Notes: generated by a model from the letters alone, not told the origin. 32,451 bases of DNA from Thermoanaerobaculia bacterium (GCA_022071945.1 JAJVIN010000021.1:1-32451); one strand, 5' to 3'. Counted from the stretch's first letter, positions 1-9,577 are shown. Program-made: numbers and translations.

Positions 1-139
1 CCTCTCGAGCACTTCGGCCGAGCCCTTGTCAGGTACCGTCTCCGTTTTCGCCATCGGGGTCTCACCTCCCCGCCCTGCTCACTAATTTTCCGGGATCTCG
101 TGTCTCATCCATATTGGCACGGAGGGCCTCTCCAACTTC

Positions 140-724
140 ATGAAGTCGCTCAAACAGCGCTTCTCCACCTTCTACAACCGGAACAACCAGCGATCCGGCA
201 CCCTCTGGGAAGAACGCTTCAAGAACATCATCGTCGAGGGAGACGAATCCGCCCTCCTCACCATGGCCCTCTACATCGACTCGAATCCCATTCGAGCCGG
301 GCTCGTGACCGATCCGGCCGAGTACCGATTCTGCGGCTACGGAGAGGCCGTCGGAGGGGGAGAGACTGCCCGGGAGGGCCTCCGATCGCTCCTCCTGAGG
401 CAATCGAATTCCTGGAAGGCCGTCCAGGCCGAGTACCGGCGCCTGCTCTACTCCAACGGGGAAGAGAGCTCGACCCGCAAAGGGTTCACTCGCGAGCAGA
501 CCTCGGAAGTCGAAGCGCAGGAAGGACATCTGCCGGCCGGAGCCGCCCTCCGGCACCGGATCCGTTACCTCTCGGAGGGCCTCATCCTCGGGAGCCGCGC
601 CTTCATCGACGGCTGGCTCGATCGGAACCGATGGCGATTTGGCGAGAGAACGGTCTCTCGACGCCCGGATCGCCGCCTCCCCGATATGGCGGCTCTGGGA
701 GTGTTTCCTCCGGCACCGGCCTGA
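140..724 (+). CDS. IS200/IS605-like (HuH Y1, COG1943/REP-associated tyrosine transposase family) transposase-related protein. It is N-terminally truncated and probably an inactivated remnant.
   Basis: The translation 'LSNFMKSLKQRFSTFYNRNNQRSGTLWEERFKNIIVEGDESALLTMALYIDSNPIRAGLV' matches the core of IS200/RAYT Y1 transposases ('..LWQ.RY..H.I..E..L......YI..NPV.AGLV'). The HuH-containing N-terminus is missing: the same frame hits a TAA stop at ~83-85. The conserved Tyr position reads 'ERF', i.e. Phe. A non-conserved ~70-aa C-terminal tail follows. Confidence 0.5.
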   Translation: MKSLKQRFSTFYNRNNQRSGTLWEERFKNIIVEGDESALLTMALYIDSNPIRAGLVTDPAEYRFCGYGEAVGGGETAREGLRSLLLRQSNSWKAVQAEYRRLLYSNGEESSTRKGFTREQTSEVEAQEGHLPAGAALRHRIRYLSEGLILGSRAFIDGWLDRNRWRFGERTVSRRPDRRLPDMAALGVFPPAPA

Positions 725-891
725 TTCTCGACCAGCTCGGAGACACGAGATCACCCGGCCGAAGAGGCCCCTCACCCTCCCCTCTCCCCGCTGCGGCGGG
801 CTGCCGCGGGGCGAGGGAAAGGGTCCGAATCGCATCTCCCTCTCAGGGCGCGCGCCTTGGGTAAGGGGACCTCTTCTGGGTTGCTGGAGCC

Positions 892-2361
892 CTATCGCGG
901 GGTCGCGGCCGGCGTCACCGGAGCCTCGGCCGGCGGAGAGACCTTCGCTTCCCGGGTCGGCGTCGGTGCCGGCTCGGCAAGGGCGGCGTCCTTGACCTTC
1001 CTGGCCAGCATCAGGAGCTCCGTCATCTCGGATTTCCCGAGAACCATGGCGTCGCTCCGGCCCGAAACCTCGACGGCGACCGCGGGCTCCGACTGCAGAG
1101 GCGAAGCCGGAATGAAGGTCAGGGTGCGCGGCTGGGTGGACTTCTCATCGCGGATCTCGATGGACCCGAGCGGTGAGACGGTGGCCCCCTTCTTCGGGAC
1201 GGGGATGCCAAACGCCGCGTAGTCCTTCTTCCCGACGAAGACCTTTGCCTCCAGACGGGCGATCCGGTCGAGGAAGTCCTCGACGGTACCCGTCGGAACT
1301 CGCTTTCCGGTGGACCGCCAGAGGCCTTCGATCTTTTCAGCCCCCGTCCGGAAGTCGCCCATCTCGATCATGAACCGGGTGACGGTCCAGGAATCGAGCG
1401 GGAGCACCTTCGTTTCCCGGAAGGCCGAGAACTCCTTCGAGAGGTTCTCCAGGACCCGATCGTCGACGATGACGAGGAGCCCGTCTCGCTGGGCATAGAG
1501 TTTTCCGGTGGCATCTGCCTTGGCGGCGCCCAGAGACGCCGTCCCGATCTTCTTGCCGTCCTTGAACGCGGTGAGGGTGATCGATGCGGGCTGCAAGCCG
1601 ATTCTCGACAGCTCCGAGGCGGGAAGGACAGGGAACTCCGAGACTCGCGTCGAGCCGACGTCCGCCAGGAGCTGCTCGACGAAGGATCGGGCCGCGAGGT
1701 CCTTCACCGGCTCGTCAATGAACCAGGCGCCCGAAGCCGGCGATGCATCCTTCCCTTCAGGTTTCTCCCGCCTCAGGACGATCTTGTTCGGACCCTTCTG
1801 GATGGTGAAGCCAGACCATTCGGAAGTCGGAACCTCGAAGAGGTTCTTCGAGCGAAACTCCTCGACCGGCTTCGTGAGGGAAGCGATCGGAGCGAACTTG
1901 ACGGTTCCGAAGCGGTTCTCCTCGGCGGCCGCGGTCCCGCTGGTTCCGGGGACCTCCTTGCCGAAGGCCACCTTCTTGCGGCTTCCGTCCTTGAAGGTGA
2001 GCTCGGCCGTCGCCCTCGGCACGTCGAGACCGAACTCCTTGGGATCGAACTCCTTTCGGACCTCGCCGACGATATCGAGGCGGTTCAGATCCGAAACGAG
2101 CGAGTCGACGACGCTCTGATCGGCCGCGCCGGAAGCCGAACCGGTCAGGCTCCAGCGCCCGTCCGTCTTGACCAGCTCGATCTTCCCCTGCTCTCCTCTA
2201 TCGAGCGTCAGCTTCTCGAGGGTGTCGGCCTTGAAGTCGAGGAGCTTCTTCCTGGCCTTGGCGGACTCCTCGGACGTGGGCTGGTGCCTCTCGAAAAAGA
2301 CGACGAAGGAGAGGAGCGCAAGGAAGATCCCCGTGAGGATGATGAGCTTCTTCGTCGACAT
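892..2361 (-). CDS. DUF4340-like membrane-anchored periplasmic protein (GldG-associated accessory protein)
   Basis: 489-aa ORF with an N-terminal TM anchor 'LIILTGIFLALLSFVVFF'. It lies directly downstream (12-nt gap) of the GldG-like gene in an ABC/GldG cluster, which is the conserved gene order. GC3-rich codon usage. Confidence 0.6.
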   Translation of the reverse strand: MSTKKLIILTGIFLALLSFVVFFERHQPTSEESAKARKKLLDFKADTLEKLTLDRGEQGKIELVKTDGRWSLTGSASGAADQSVVDSLVSDLNRLDIVGEVRKEFDPKEFGLDVPRATAELTFKDGSRKKVAFGKEVPGTSGTAAAEENRFGTVKFAPIASLTKPVEEFRSKNLFEVPTSEWSGFTIQKGPNKIVLRREKPEGKDASPASGAWFIDEPVKDLAARSFVEQLLADVGSTRVSEFPVLPASELSRIGLQPASITLTAFKDGKKIGTASLGAAKADATGKLYAQRDGLLVIVDDRVLENLSKEFSAFRETKVLPLDSWTVTRFMIEMGDFRTGAEKIEGLWRSTGKRVPTGTVEDFLDRIARLEAKVFVGKKDYAAFGIPVPKKGATVSPLGSIEIRDEKSTQPRTLTFIPASPLQSEPAVAVEVSGRSDAMVLGKSEMTELLMLARKVKDAALAEPAPTPTREAKVSPPAEAPVTPAATPR

Positions 2362-2373
2362 GGCCGGGTGGTG

Positions 2374-3825
2374 TCAGCGCCTGCGGCGCAGGTAGATCGA
2401 GATGCCCAGGGCCAACGCGGCGGCGGGCAGGAACAGGATGGCGAACATCGACATGCGCGCGATGTCGGAACCCGACAGCGTCACGGCCACCTGGTCCGTG
2501 GACTTCGGAGGGATCGCCACGAGCGCCTCTCGCGAGAGAACCCAGTTCAGCGCTCCGGTCACGAGGTACAGGTTGCCGGAGTTCGGAAGGAGCCCATTGG
2601 AGGCGAAGTCAGCGTCACCGAGGATGAGGAGCCGGGACTTCTTCCCCTCGGCGCCGAACTCGACCGCCGCTCCGAGAGGCACGGGGCCCTTGACATCGGT
2701 GTCGTCCGGCTTGGCGTTCTCCAGCGCCTTCAGATTGGTCTCGCCCCAGCCATCACTCGTCGTCTCCAGAAGGACACTCGCCTGCTTCCCTTCCGGCATG
2801 GGGTCGACGAGTCCCACGGAGCGGGTGAGAGACAGGACAACGGCGGAGCCCTCGAGAAGCCGTGTCGCGGGGTGGGAACGGAAGGCCGCCGAGAAGAAGG
2901 TCTCGGCTCCCATCATGGGAACGCGGTTCTTGGGCTCGACGACGAGGTCCGTTCCCACCTTGATGCCGTAGCCGGCGACGAGCTTCTCGAGGCCCGACTC
3001 CATCACGTCGCCGTTGCCGGCCGGCGAGAACTCGAGGTCGAGAAAGAGGAGGGCGTGCCCCCCGCCATCGAGGTACGCCTTGATGGCGTTCTGCTCGGGC
3101 TCGGTGAAGGTGGACTTCGGAGCGGCCACGATCAGGAGATCGGTTCCCTCGGGCACCCTCTCGGCACCGAGGCTTCCCCACTCTTCCACGGTGCAGTTGT
3201 CCCGGCGCAGGGTCTCGGCCACGGCAAAAAAGCCGTCCCGGTCCCGCGATTCGATCTGCTTTTCCCCATGGCCCTTCGTGAAGAGGACCTTGGGAGACTT
3301 CTGTTCGGTCACGGCCAGGATCGCCGACGTGAACTCCTGTTCGCCCTTGAAGCTCTTGATCGCCGGCTCGCCGCCCATCCGGGCCCTCGCGAAATCGAAC
3401 TCCGCGAGCTGGTCGATGGCGACATGCTTCTTCTTCTCCCCTGACTTGAAGACAACCGAGGCACCGCTGACGCCGAACTCCTTCAGGAGCGCCTCGGCGC
3501 GGGCCTTGTTCCGGGTGGGGTCGAGAGTCTCGACCGAGACGAGAGCCGAAGCCGCCTTGTACCGCTTCAGAAGCTCCTGCACCTCGGGGTAGAGCTGGGT
3601 CCCCTCGACCATGAAGACCGTCACGGTGACCGGGTTCTTCAGTCCAGAGAGGACGGACTTCGTCTTGTCCGAGAGCGAGTAGAGGCCCGCGCGGGTCCAG
3701 TCGAAGCGCTTGTAGTGCCGTGAGCCCAGCCAGTTCACGAGAGCCAGGATCCCCACGGCCAGCAGGATGGCGACCGCCATCGTCACGCGGAAGACGTTCC
3801 GGTTCGGTCCGTTCATCGAGGTCAT
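2374..3825 (-). CDS. GldG-like auxiliary component of an ABC-type (gliding-motility family) transport system
   Basis: 483 aa with an N-terminal TM ('VAILLAVGILALVNWLG'), a large periplasmic domain and a C-terminal TM ('MFAILFLPAAALALGISIYL'). Its start overlaps the permease stop by 4 nt (ATGA). The ABC ATPase and ABC-2 permease lie immediately upstream. Confidence 0.7.
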   Translation of the reverse strand: MTSMNGPNRNVFRVTMAVAILLAVGILALVNWLGSRHYKRFDWTRAGLYSLSDKTKSVLSGLKNPVTVTVFMVEGTQLYPEVQELLKRYKAASALVSVETLDPTRNKARAEALLKEFGVSGASVVFKSGEKKKHVAIDQLAEFDFARARMGGEPAIKSFKGEQEFTSAILAVTEQKSPKVLFTKGHGEKQIESRDRDGFFAVAETLRRDNCTVEEWGSLGAERVPEGTDLLIVAAPKSTFTEPEQNAIKAYLDGGGHALLFLDLEFSPAGNGDVMESGLEKLVAGYGIKVGTDLVVEPKNRVPMMGAETFFSAAFRSHPATRLLEGSAVVLSLTRSVGLVDPMPEGKQASVLLETTSDGWGETNLKALENAKPDDTDVKGPVPLGAAVEFGAEGKKSRLLILGDADFASNGLLPNSGNLYLVTGALNWVLSREALVAIPPKSTDQVAVTLSGSDIARMSMFAILFLPAAALALGISIYLRRRR

Positions 3826-4559
3826 TTCCCCTTGTTGGCCTCGAGGGCCCGGGTGGAAAGGAAGAGGAAGAACACGACCATCGAGAGCGTGTAGACCAGG
3901 CGCCGTGTGTCGACGATGCCCCTCGAGAAATCATCCATGTGCTCGAGGAGGTTCAGGTAGGACAGCCGGTCTCTCATTTCAGGATCGTTCACGAACGACT
4001 GGAAGACGCCCACGAAGAACGTGCAGATGATGAAGACGAAGCCGACGATCGCCGCGACGATCTGGTTCTTCGTGATCGCGGAGGCAAATGTCCCCGCCGA
4101 GACGAACAGGGCTCCGACGAGGGCCATCCCGAGGTATCCGCTCGCGACCGGTCCCACGTCCACGGCTCCGAACCGCGAGAGGAGGACCGGATAGAGGATC
4201 GTCGGCAGCCAGAGAAACAGCAGGAAGAACCAGCCGCCGGTGAACTTCCCGGCCACGACCACCGCCTCGCTCACCGGGGCCGTGAGCAGGGCCTCGATCG
4301 AACCCGACTTCCGCTCCTCGGCGAGGAGGCGCATCGCGATGATCATCGATTGCGCCATGATGAAGATCCAGAAGAACACGTTCGTGAAGTAGAGCGACCA
4401 GAACATCGAACGCGGCGTTTCTGGAGAGTTCAACGCCTGCAAAAGACCCGAGAACAGGATTCCGTTCATCACGAGCGACGCCGTGAGGACGACGTAGGCG
4501 AGCGGCGAGAAGAAGTAGGAAAGGAACTCCCGGCGAACAATGGCGAAAAAGGGCTTCAC
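3822..4559 (-). CDS. ABC-2 family transporter permease (GldF-like)
   Basis: 245 aa, polytopic hydrophobic protein ('FFAIVRREFLSYFFSPLAYVVL...'). Sits 4 nt downstream of the ABC ATPase gene. Confidence 0.75.
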   Translation of the reverse strand: MKPFFAIVRREFLSYFFSPLAYVVLTASLVMNGILFSGLLQALNSPETPRSMFWSLYFTNVFFWIFIMAQSMIIAMRLLAEERKSGSIEALLTAPVSEAVVVAGKFTGGWFFLLFLWLPTILYPVLLSRFGAVDVGPVASGYLGMALVGALFVSAGTFASAITKNQIVAAIVGFVFIICTFFVGVFQSFVNDPEMRDRLSYLNLLEHMDDFSRGIVDTRRLVYTLSMVVFFLFLSTRALEANKGK

Positions 4560-4563
4560 GGTT

Positions 4564-5568
4564 TCAGGACTCCTTCGCCCCGTCAGCTTCCTCGGGAACC
4601 TCTTCGGCGTCGGGAAGGGTCTTCTGCCGGTCCTCGTCGTTGACCTGCGTGACGAGTCTGACGAAGACGTCCTCGAGGGAGGCCTGCCTGGGCGTCAGCT
4701 CGAGCAGGGTCCAATTGCGGGTCACGGCCTCGCGGAAAACGGCCTCGCGAATGTCGTGTCCTTTTTCGCAATCGAGCAGGATCCGTGTTTCTCCACCCGC
4801 TCCGATGCGCGCCGCTCTGAGGACTCCGGGGATCTCCCGAAGGACGGTGTCCGCCTCGGTGACTTCACCCTTCACGACCGCCGTCAGGCCGGGCGCCTGC
4901 GACATCTGCTGTCTCAGGTTCTCCGGCGAACCCGAGGCGACGAGCCGGCCCCGGTCGATGATGACGACGCGGTCGCAGACGAGCTCGACCTCGGGCAGGA
5001 TGTGCGTCGAGAGCAGGATCGTGTGGTCCTTCTTCAGGTTGCGGATCAACTCGCGGACCTTGACGATCTGTCTGGGATCCAAGCCCACGGTCGGCTCGTC
5101 GAGGATCAACACCTTGGGCCTGTGGACGAGGGCTCCCGCGAGCCCCACGCGCTGGCGGTACCCCTTCGACAGGGTTCCGATCGGCTTTTTCGCCACGTCG
5201 TCGACGAAGCACTTCTCGATCGCTTCGTGACAGCGATCGGGGATCTCCCTCGAGGGAACCCCGCAGAGCTGCGCCCGGAACTTGACGTACTCCTGGACCC
5301 GCATTTCGGGGTACAGGGCGAGCGTCTCGGGCAGATAGCCGAGGTGCTTTTTTGCCGCGATTGGCTTTTCGTGGATGTCGACACCATCCAGAAAGACACG
5401 TCCAGCCGACGGCGGCAGAAAGCCGGTGATCATCCGCATGGTGGTGGTCTTCCCGGCTCCGTTCGGACCCAGGAACCCGAGAATCTCGCCACTCTCCACC
5501 CGGAAAGTGACGTTATCCACCGCCACCGCGCCGAAAAATGACTTGCTGAGTCCCTGAACGTCGAGCAT
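4564..5568 (-). CDS. ABC transporter ATP-binding protein (GldA-like)
   Basis: Walker A 'GPNGAGKTT', ABC signature 'LSKGYRQR', Walker B 'VLILDEPT'. GGAGG ribosome-binding site ~8 nt upstream of the ATG. Confidence 0.9.
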   Translation of the reverse strand: MLDVQGLSKSFFGAVAVDNVTFRVESGEILGFLGPNGAGKTTTMRMITGFLPPSAGRVFLDGVDIHEKPIAAKKHLGYLPETLALYPEMRVQEYVKFRAQLCGVPSREIPDRCHEAIEKCFVDDVAKKPIGTLSKGYRQRVGLAGALVHRPKVLILDEPTVGLDPRQIVKVRELIRNLKKDHTILLSTHILPEVELVCDRVVIIDRGRLVASGSPENLRQQMSQAPGLTAVVKGEVTEADTVLREIPGVLRAARIGAGGETRILLDCEKGHDIREAVFREAVTRNWTLLELTPRQASLEDVFVRLVTQVNDEDRQKTLPDAEEVPEEADGAKES

Positions 5569-5642
5569 CGGTTCCTAAAGCCTCCGCGGGAGAGCTTCGG
5601 GCACGCCGGTAGCGAGCCCTTGGAGAGGACGAAGGCGGGCCG

Positions 5643-5653
5643 GAATATAACAC
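5643..5653 (-). promoter_or_regulatory. Candidate extended -10 element (TGtTATATT on the minus strand) for the ABC/GldG operon
   Basis: The minus strand reads 'gTGtTATATTc' in the 169-bp gap upstream of the ABC ATPase gene. No convincing -35 was found. Confidence 0.25.
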
Positions 5654-5737
5654 GCGGAACCCGGCCGGAATCGCGCGAGAACGGTGCCCCGGAGCGCTGC
5701 CGGGACGAGCTCATCCCTGGCCTCTTGCCCGCCTTCC

Positions 5738-7783
5738 TCAGCGTGTTCTCGTCGCCTCGGGTTTCGGGCTCTTCGTTGGCGAGGACTTCTCCACAGGGAC
5801 CGCCGGAAGGAACGGGATTTCCCGGATCACGACCGTCGTGGGCTCGGCCGCCGCCGGAACCCTCGCGGCGCCTGCCGGCGTCACGGCCGAGGGCTTCGAG
5901 GGACCATAGAGGGGCGGCCAGGGGCCCTGCACGACCACGGGTGTCCCCGTGGGCACGAGGGCCGGTGCCGGGGTGTGCGTGGCGGGAGCGATGGGAGCCG
6001 GCTTGGGCCGGAGAAAAGCGGGATCGGCAGCCGGGAGATCCGGGCGCGAGGCCACGGTGACGACCGTGCTCTCGGCCGGGCGTGTCTGGAAATAGTCGAT
6101 GACGCCTCGCCCGACTGCCTCGGCCATCGATTGGCGGAAAGACCTCGTCACCGTCAGGGCACGGTCCTTTTCGTTGCTGAGGTTGGCGATCTCCAGGAGC
6201 ACCCGGCCGGGAACCCGGTTGTACCTCAGGACCGCAGGCACCCATTCCCGGCCCCCCCGGATGACGTGGGTACGGACCGGAGAGAAGGGGTGCACCGGGA
6301 GATTCGCGTCTCGAATCGCGGAGAGGATCCGGCCCGCCAGAACCATCGAGACGCCCTCGGCCGCGACGCGTTCCTTGCGATTGAACAAGACCGACGGTTC
6401 CTCTTTCCACTCCCTGTAGTTCGCGTAGACGGTGCCGCGCTTGCCGTACTTCTCTCTGAGGAAGCGCTCGCCGGGAACGTAGGCCATGGCCCCCCGGACC
6501 GAGGGGTGAAGAGAGTCGGCGTGGATCGAGATGAACACGGTCTTCTCGGGCGGGATCGGCTTCTTGTCTCTCCCGGGCCGGCGCAGCCAGCTGTTGGCGA
6601 GGTACCACCTCAGATTCACCCCGACGACGGGATCGTCGAGACGGTAGGGCGGCTCGGTGAGCAGGAGGCGGCTCTTCCCATCCCGGAGCCGGTCCCTGTC
6701 AGGGCTCTCGAAGCCGAGCCCGGGATCCTTCGTGATCATCACCACGTCTGCCCGGGTCTTCGTCAGCAGGAACTTCCTCAGCCGGCAGGCGACGTCGTAG
6801 ACGTATGTCGACTCCCAGACCCCCCCGTGGATGGTTCCCGTGTCCCGGCCGCCGTGTCCGGCATCGAGGATGATCCTCACGCCCCGAAGCGACTCCGCGA
6901 CGGCCGGCGGCGCGAACTGCGACGTCTCGGCCCTCTCCTTCAGCCGGGCGACGGCCCGCGGGTCGTCCCTGGGGAGGTACTCCTCGGTCAGGAACTCCAC
7001 GGGGATCTTCACGGGGAAGCCGACCGGAATCCCATGGACGTCGTCGATGCCGGACCGTTCCGCGATCCGGAGCGCGAGGAGGATCACGTCCTCGGCATGA
7101 AGCCTTCCCGTGAACCGCACGACGACCGACGAGTAGAGCGCCTCTCGGGGCCGCAGCTTGTAGACGGCGTACTTGCCCTTGGCGTCTTCTCCGAACTCGA
7201 GCGTGACCGGCTCGGCATCCTCGATCGCCGGGGCATCCCGGAAGGCGGGCGACAGCAGCCGCGCGGGAATCTGCAGGCGCGTTCCCCGGATCGCGATGTC
7301 GCCCGCCAGTCCGTTGAGCTTGGCGATTTCGCCCGCGTTGGCGGCGTTACCCGTGAACCACACCGCGATCGTCTCCATGGGCTCGTCGGAGGTCGCGATG
7401 TGGACCCAGAACTCGTTCGATCTCAGGTCGGCGGGAAAGAGGGCCCGGACCGCGGCGAGCTGGGCGGCGCTCGAGAGGTCCCGAAACGAGATCTCTGGCA
7501 CGGGCGCCGCCGGATCGGCCGGCCACAGCTTCTTCAGCTCGGCCGCGGCCGCCTCGTCCCGCGAGATCCGCGCGGCGAACTCCGCAGGGGCCTCGCCTTC
7601 CAGGGGCCGGGCGGACACACGAATCGTCCCGCCAGCGAGGAGGGCAGAAAAGTCCTCCGAGATCTTCACGGTTCTTTCGGCCTGGGGAGCCGGCAGAGCG
7701 GGCAGAGCCCATGCGAGGAGCGCCCCGAGAACCAGAACGGTTCGCCTGGGCCCGAATCTGAGGGTCGGAGAAGCCGCTCTCAA
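5738..7783 (-). CDS. N-acetylmuramoyl-L-alanine amidase (Amidase_3/AmiC family) with a LysM-like N-terminal module and a Pro-rich C-terminal tail
   Basis: Amidase_3 motifs 'ILDAGHGGRDTG' and 'VFISIHADS'. LysM-like segment 'NAGEIAKLNGLAGDIAIRGTRLQIP'. Signal-peptide-like 'RRTVLVLGALLAWALPALPAPQA'. The ORF extends to 8050, but the probable start is the TTG at 7783-7781, which overlaps the gatA stop as TTGA. The tail is P/A/T-rich. Confidence 0.7.
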   Translation of the reverse strand: MRAASPTLRFGPRRTVLVLGALLAWALPALPAPQAERTVKISEDFSALLAGGTIRVSARPLEGEAPAEFAARISRDEAAAAELKKLWPADPAAPVPEISFRDLSSAAQLAAVRALFPADLRSNEFWVHIATSDEPMETIAVWFTGNAANAGEIAKLNGLAGDIAIRGTRLQIPARLLSPAFRDAPAIEDAEPVTLEFGEDAKGKYAVYKLRPREALYSSVVVRFTGRLHAEDVILLALRIAERSGIDDVHGIPVGFPVKIPVEFLTEEYLPRDDPRAVARLKERAETSQFAPPAVAESLRGVRIILDAGHGGRDTGTIHGGVWESTYVYDVACRLRKFLLTKTRADVVMITKDPGLGFESPDRDRLRDGKSRLLLTEPPYRLDDPVVGVNLRWYLANSWLRRPGRDKKPIPPEKTVFISIHADSLHPSVRGAMAYVPGERFLREKYGKRGTVYANYREWKEEPSVLFNRKERVAAEGVSMVLAGRILSAIRDANLPVHPFSPVRTHVIRGGREWVPAVLRYNRVPGRVLLEIANLSNEKDRALTVTRSFRQSMAEAVGRGVIDYFQTRPAESTVVTVASRPDLPAADPAFLRPKPAPIAPATHTPAPALVPTGTPVVVQGPWPPLYGPSKPSAVTPAGAARVPAAAEPTTVVIREIPFLPAVPVEKSSPTKSPKPEATRTR

Positions 7784-9259
7784 CGGATCGCGCCGGCGGC
7801 TTTGAAAGCGGGAAACCCCGACCACTCCTCGACGGCTCTGGCCAGGCGGAAGAGAACCGGCTCGGAATCGGCCGGACCGATGAACTGCATCCCGATCGGG
7901 AGGCCGCGGCTCGAAAGACCGGACGGGACGGAGATCGCCGGGATGCCGGCAAGGCTCGGCGAGACCGTGAAGACGTCGGCCAGATACATGGCGAGCGGGT
8001 CCTCGGTCTTGGAACCGAACTCGAAAGCGGGTTCGGGAGAGGTCGGGCACAGAATCGCGTCGACCTCCCCGAATGCCCGGTCGAAATCTCGCTTCAGAAG
8101 CGCGCGGACCTTCTGGGCGCGTCCGTAGTAGGCGTCGTGGTATCCGGCCGACAGAGCGAACGTCCCGAGCAGGATCCGGCGCTTGACCTCCGGCCCGAAG
8201 CCGGAAGACCTCGACCGGCGGTACAGGTCTCCCAGGTCTTCTCCCTCGACCCGCCTGCCGTAGCGAACCCCGTCAAACCGGGCCAGGTTCGAGGACGCCT
8301 CCGCCGTGGCCGTCAGGTAGTAGACGTCGATGGCCAGGTTCACCCGCGGGAGCGAGACCGTCCGGACGGAGGCACCGGCTTGCCGGAGCGCCTCGGCCGT
8401 CCTCTCCAAAGAGACCTTCACATCCGGATCGAGGCCTCCCTCGGCCGACTCCGCTTCCGCCAACAGTCCGACCCGGAGACCCGCGATCCCGTCCCCAAGG
8501 CTGCCGAGAACGTCGGGAGCGGGCGTCGGGAGCGACGTCGAATCCCTTGGGTCGGCTCCCGCCATCACTGAGAACGCGACCGCCGCCTCCGTGACGGAAC
8601 GGGCGAGAGCCCCCGCCTGGTCGAGAGACGAAGCGAAGGCGATCAGGCCATAGCGCGAGACTCGCCCGTAGGTCGGTTTCCATCCGACGAGGCCGCACAG
8701 CGCCGCGGGTTGGCGCACCGAGCCGCCCGTGTCGGTCCCGATAGCCAGCGGAACCGAGAACGCGGCCACCGCGGCCGCCGACCCTCCGGAAGATCCGCCG
8801 GGCACGCGGGATTCATCCCAGGGGTTCTTGACAGGTCCCCACGCCGAATTCTCGTTCGAGGAACCCATTCCGAACTCGTCGCAGTTCGCCTTCCCCACCA
8901 CGACCGCACCGGCCGAAACGAGCCGCGCGACGCACGTTGCGTCCTCGACGGAGGTGAAGCCCTCGAGAATCCTGGAGCCCGCCGTGGAGGGCAGCCCCGC
9001 CACGTTGATGTTGTCCTTGACGGCGAGAGGCACTCCCGCGAGCGGGAGTTTCTCCCCGGCCGAGAGCCGCTGGTCGACGGTCGAGGCCTGCCGGAGCGTC
9101 ACGTCAGGGTCAAGGAACAGGAAAGAGCCGTGCCGGCGCCGGGCCTCTTCCGCGCGGGCGAGAGCGGCCTTCGCCACTTCGACGGCCGAGATCTCACCCT
9201 GTGAAACCCGGCGAGCGAGCTCGAGTCCACTGCCATCCAGGAGGAGAGTTGCCTCCGGC
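7780..9259 (-). CDS. gatA: Glutamyl-tRNA(Gln)/Asp-tRNA(Asn) amidotransferase subunit A
   Basis: Amidase signature 'GGSSGGSAAAVAA'. N-terminus '...ELARRVSQGEISAVEV' is typical of GatA. Probable GTG start at 9259, 1-2 nt after the gatC stop; the ORF itself runs to 9408. Confidence 0.88.
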
Positions 9260-9262
9260 ACG

Positions 9263-9577
9263 TCACTCTCCCCTGGAGACGATCCGGGGAACGACAAAGT
9301 GCCCGTGAGAGAACTCCGGGGCGTTCTTCTGGACCTCGCCGCCCATCTGGCGGCCGACCGGCACGTCTTCGCGATAGGGGGATGGCGGAGCGAGCTCGTC
9401 CGAACCAAGCTCCTCCGCTTCGACCTGCCGAAGGGCTTCGAAATGCTCGACGATCCGCGTCAGCTGCCTGGACATCTGATCCCGCTCATTCTCAGACAGC
9501 TCGAGCGAGGCGAGCCGCGCCACCTTCGAAACGAGCCCGGCATCGATAATCACGCGCGGAGTATAGCCGCCGCCCAT
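9263..9577 (-). CDS. gatC: Glu/Asp-tRNA amidotransferase subunit C
   Basis: 104 aa. 'VSKVARLASLELSENERDQMSRQLTRIVEHFEALRQVE' matches the GatC consensus. Sits immediately upstream of gatA. Confidence 0.85.
   Translation of the reverse strand: MGGGYTPRVIIDAGLVSKVARLASLELSENERDQMSRQLTRIVEHFEALRQVEAEELGSDELAPPSPYREDVPVGRQMGGEVQKNAPEFSHGHFVVPRIVSRGE

Noticed and set aside
786-811. GC-rich palindrome CCCCGC...GCGGGG as an intrinsic terminator for the convergent transposase-like gene and DUF4340 operon
   Set aside because: No flanking T/A-run on either strand. It is kept only as a possible REP-like palindrome, listed under findings.
62-835. 257-aa minus-strand ORF, and a 254-aa plus-strand ORF at 100-864, both overlapping the transposase-like gene
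   Set aside because: Their compositions are Arg/Gly/Pro-rich shadow-frame translations typical of high-GC DNA. Neither has motifs, and only the 140-724 frame carries the Y1-transposase signature.
2284-3934. Long antisense or overlapping ORFs (2284-3444 +, 2753-3934 -, 2402-2971 +) inside the GldG-like gene
   Set aside because: These are shadow ORFs, low-complexity R/G/P/E-rich. The GldG frame has TM segments and sensible hydropathy.
5430-8128. ORFs 5430-6608 (-), 5684-8128 (+, 814 aa) and 7347-7952 (-) overlapping the amidase gene
   Set aside because: The Amidase_3 motifs (GHGGRDTG, ISIHADS) exist only in the 5738-8050 minus frame. The others are arginine-rich nonsense of the kind GC-rich DNA generates.
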